Shown here: one piece after another, positions 61,605 to 64,000 of the stretch
Position numbering within the stretch: position 1 is the first letter of the stretch
Layout: each line of letters begins with the position of its first letter
Assembly (NCBI RefSeq): GCF_000315625.1
Contig: NW_005434612.1
Location: forward strand, 1-64,000
Direction of reading: 5' to 3'
Source: Guillardia theta CCMP2712
Lineage: Eukaryota > Protista > Cryptophyta
Length of the DNA stretch: 64,000 bases
Notes under the pieces: model-generated
Told to the model about the DNA's origin: nothing
The model's database searches: none
The model's input: the letters and a program-made list of their open reading frames with translations, nothing else
Translations under genes and position numbers: made by a program

Positions 61605-64000
61605 ATGGATCGCCAAATGACTCAAATTGATATCTTGTTTCCGACCATCGATAATGATGAATCTTGCAAAACCCTAAGGTAACAGAAGTATGCTGATGTT
61701 TGATTTATCTGACCACATGGCCCCAGACCTCCCACCCGCCTGAGCATCCAAGAGATCAACACCTTCCAAGACGTAGAGAGCCTCGTAAAGCACTTGACAG
61801 ACGAGCTCAACCTGTCGGTCAAGGTGTCGCATCCTTCCATGATGCGCTATCTCAACTGACAAGCATGTCCTGTACCAGGGCCTCAAGCTTTACAATGCTA
61901 TTACCCTCATGGAAGTCTCTTCGCTCCAGTTTGACTCCGATGCCGGACCGTACAAACTTCTGCTGCTGCCCGCTGAAGGTAAATGCCGGAGCTGAGACAT
62001 GTCAAGAACTGATGTGATCATTGGCAGACACCCTCTCTACCTTCAAGTGTGTCACAGTGGAAGATACCACACCTGATAAAGGGCGCATGTTAGAAAGTTC
62101 GATCAGTAATTACTCTTTCTTGACAGCGATCGGGGAGCTTTTTGATAACTCGATACAACATGTACTCTGCAACCAATATGACAAGAACAAAACTATCAAA
62201 GTTACACTCGACTTCCAAAGGGGCACTTTTCATCTTGTGGACAATGGAATAGGCTGCTCAGACCCCAAGGAAATGCTTCAGTATGGGTCAAAGCGCGCAT
62301 CTACGCAGGAGCTGTACGACGAGGGTTGCACATCGTTCAGGAGATATCTGAGCGGTACCTTCTCTCGATATGGCGTGGGGGCCAAAAATGCTTGTAATGC
62401 CCTTGGGACAAGACATGTTGTGAGCAGTAAGACGCGAGACAGCAGAACTGTGCAAGTAGTGGAAGACTCAACCTTATCGGCTTGGAAAGCAATTAGATGC
62501 ATCAGGTCTCTCCAGGAGGGCGAAGACGTCGCGTCGAGCTTCTGCAAGATCGACATAGAAGGCTTCAAGATTGATTTCTTTATCAGCGATGGAGCTTTCT
62601 CTGCGGCAGCTCTCAGGCACTGCCTGAGCAACATCCGAGCGATGTACTACATGTACCTTGAAGGAGAGCAGGCAGGCGCGAAGAGGTTTGTAGACCAGGT
62701 GCTGAGGCTGATAGATCAGCCAAATGCAGAGATGAGACGACGCGGACGGATCGCAAACGCAAAAAAATTTTATCAACACGACCTGAGCTGCTTGAGGACG
62801 ATGCTGAACAAATATCTTGTTGAGTCTGGCTCTATGTCGGAGCAGATTGACCTGGAGTTCGAGGTGATCCATCAAGACTCTGCTAGCTCGGCCCCTCCGC
62901 ATCGACTAGCAGACTCGATGTGCTGCCTTGACCGAGTGCTGAGCGACGACGCCAGGGACTGCTTCCCCATCTACGTCGAGATCCCCGACCATGCAGACCC
63001 CACCAAGCGCTCGATCGCTACGGGGGCGATATTCTACTTTCCGAACCAGGGCAACAAGGACACAGTCCCGTACGTTGACGAGCTGCATGGGCACTCAAGC
63101 TCATTGGATCGCCGCTTCATGGTGTTCTGGATGGGACGATGGCTTCCTGAAGAAGATTTCGTACCAGGTTTCATGAGATACCGTGAGGGGGATAAGCCGC
63201 TTGCCCCGCAGCGATGCTATGCAAGGACTTTCGGCATTCTTTTTGTAGACCGAGGGATCGAGCCAGAGGCAAACAAGCTGGCCCTGAGCAAGTCTGCTCC
63301 AAATGTAAAGAAGATGAAGGAGGCGATTGACTCGAAGGACCTTGCAAAAGCATATGATTACTGGCTCAAAGAATGTCACCTCAAGTTTGATGCAGAGGTC
63401 TCCTTCGAAGACGAAAACCCAAAGTACATAGATGCTGAAGGAATGTCTCAGCACGACAAGATCATATTCTGCGACAATGTGTATAAGGTGGGTGAATTCG
63501 TCGAGCTGTACAAAGAGTCAAAGGAGAAAGCAAAGATTGAAAGTCATATAGGAAGGATCGAGAGGTTCTTGCAAGATAAGCACTTTGACCTGCACTTGCC
63601 AACAGGGGAGGTCGAGCTTCTTCTATTGGCTTCAGACAACAGCATGACGAAGCATAATCGCTTCAGAATACAAAACTATTCCATGAGGCCCCTCAGCAAC
63701 AAAGAGTTCGAGGCTACCAGAGCAAAGAATGAGAAGCAGATAGTCAGATCAGTCGCTATCGAGTTCCGCAACCACATCGTGAAGGCTGGCATGTTACCGC
63801 TTACAAGGGTTGTCTGCAAGAACTCAAACAACGAAGTCATTCAGACAAACATCCCGATCTTCAAGGTCACAGTGGCGTCACAAGATTGCTTGGAAAGCTT
63901 CGAAGTGTCTAATGGGCTTCTGTCTTCTCCTGAAAAGATAGTGCCCAATGGGCATCTGTCTTTTCCTGACAAGATAGTGAAGAAGCTCGCGACTGTCGCA
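61605..64000 (+). CDS. Second SMCHD1/GMI1-like paralog (5' part; runs off the window end)
   Basis: 61677-64000 is a near-identical reverse complement of about 47372-45089, including three introns; no stop seen in the stretches I translated from about 62027; the first exon differs (MDRQMTQIDILFPTIDNDESCKTLR). Confidence 0.85.

Overview
Gene-dense, GC-rich eukaryotic nuclear DNA with many tiny (about 45-60 bp) GT-AG introns, abundant GA/CT microsatellites and four 100-N scaffold gaps. The style suggests a cryptophyte alga such as Guillardia theta (inference). Recognisable genes: a P3A plasma-membrane H+-ATPase, a J-domain protein, an EF-hand/PDZ locus, a TALE homeobox protein, a VPS9 Rab5-GEF, a pirin, an RWP-RK factor, a bestrophin/UPF0187 channel, an acylated GST-like protein, a GT8 glycosyltransferase, an ankyrin protein and a zf-GRF/beta-helix protein. 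The standout is an approximately 2,100-aa SMCHD1/GMI1-like protein (GHKL ATPase, transducer, long beta-rich linker with an extra BAH-like insert, C-terminal SMC hinge) at 40795-47437 (-). An inverted paralog starts at 61605 (+). The two copies are near-identical even in introns, except for sharply bounded, length-conserved divergent coding patches. Intergenic DNA carries a foldback/MITE-like repeat family in GC-rich islands next to GGGT/ACCC-rich, GpC-poor blocks. Exon boundaries were read by eye and are approximate.
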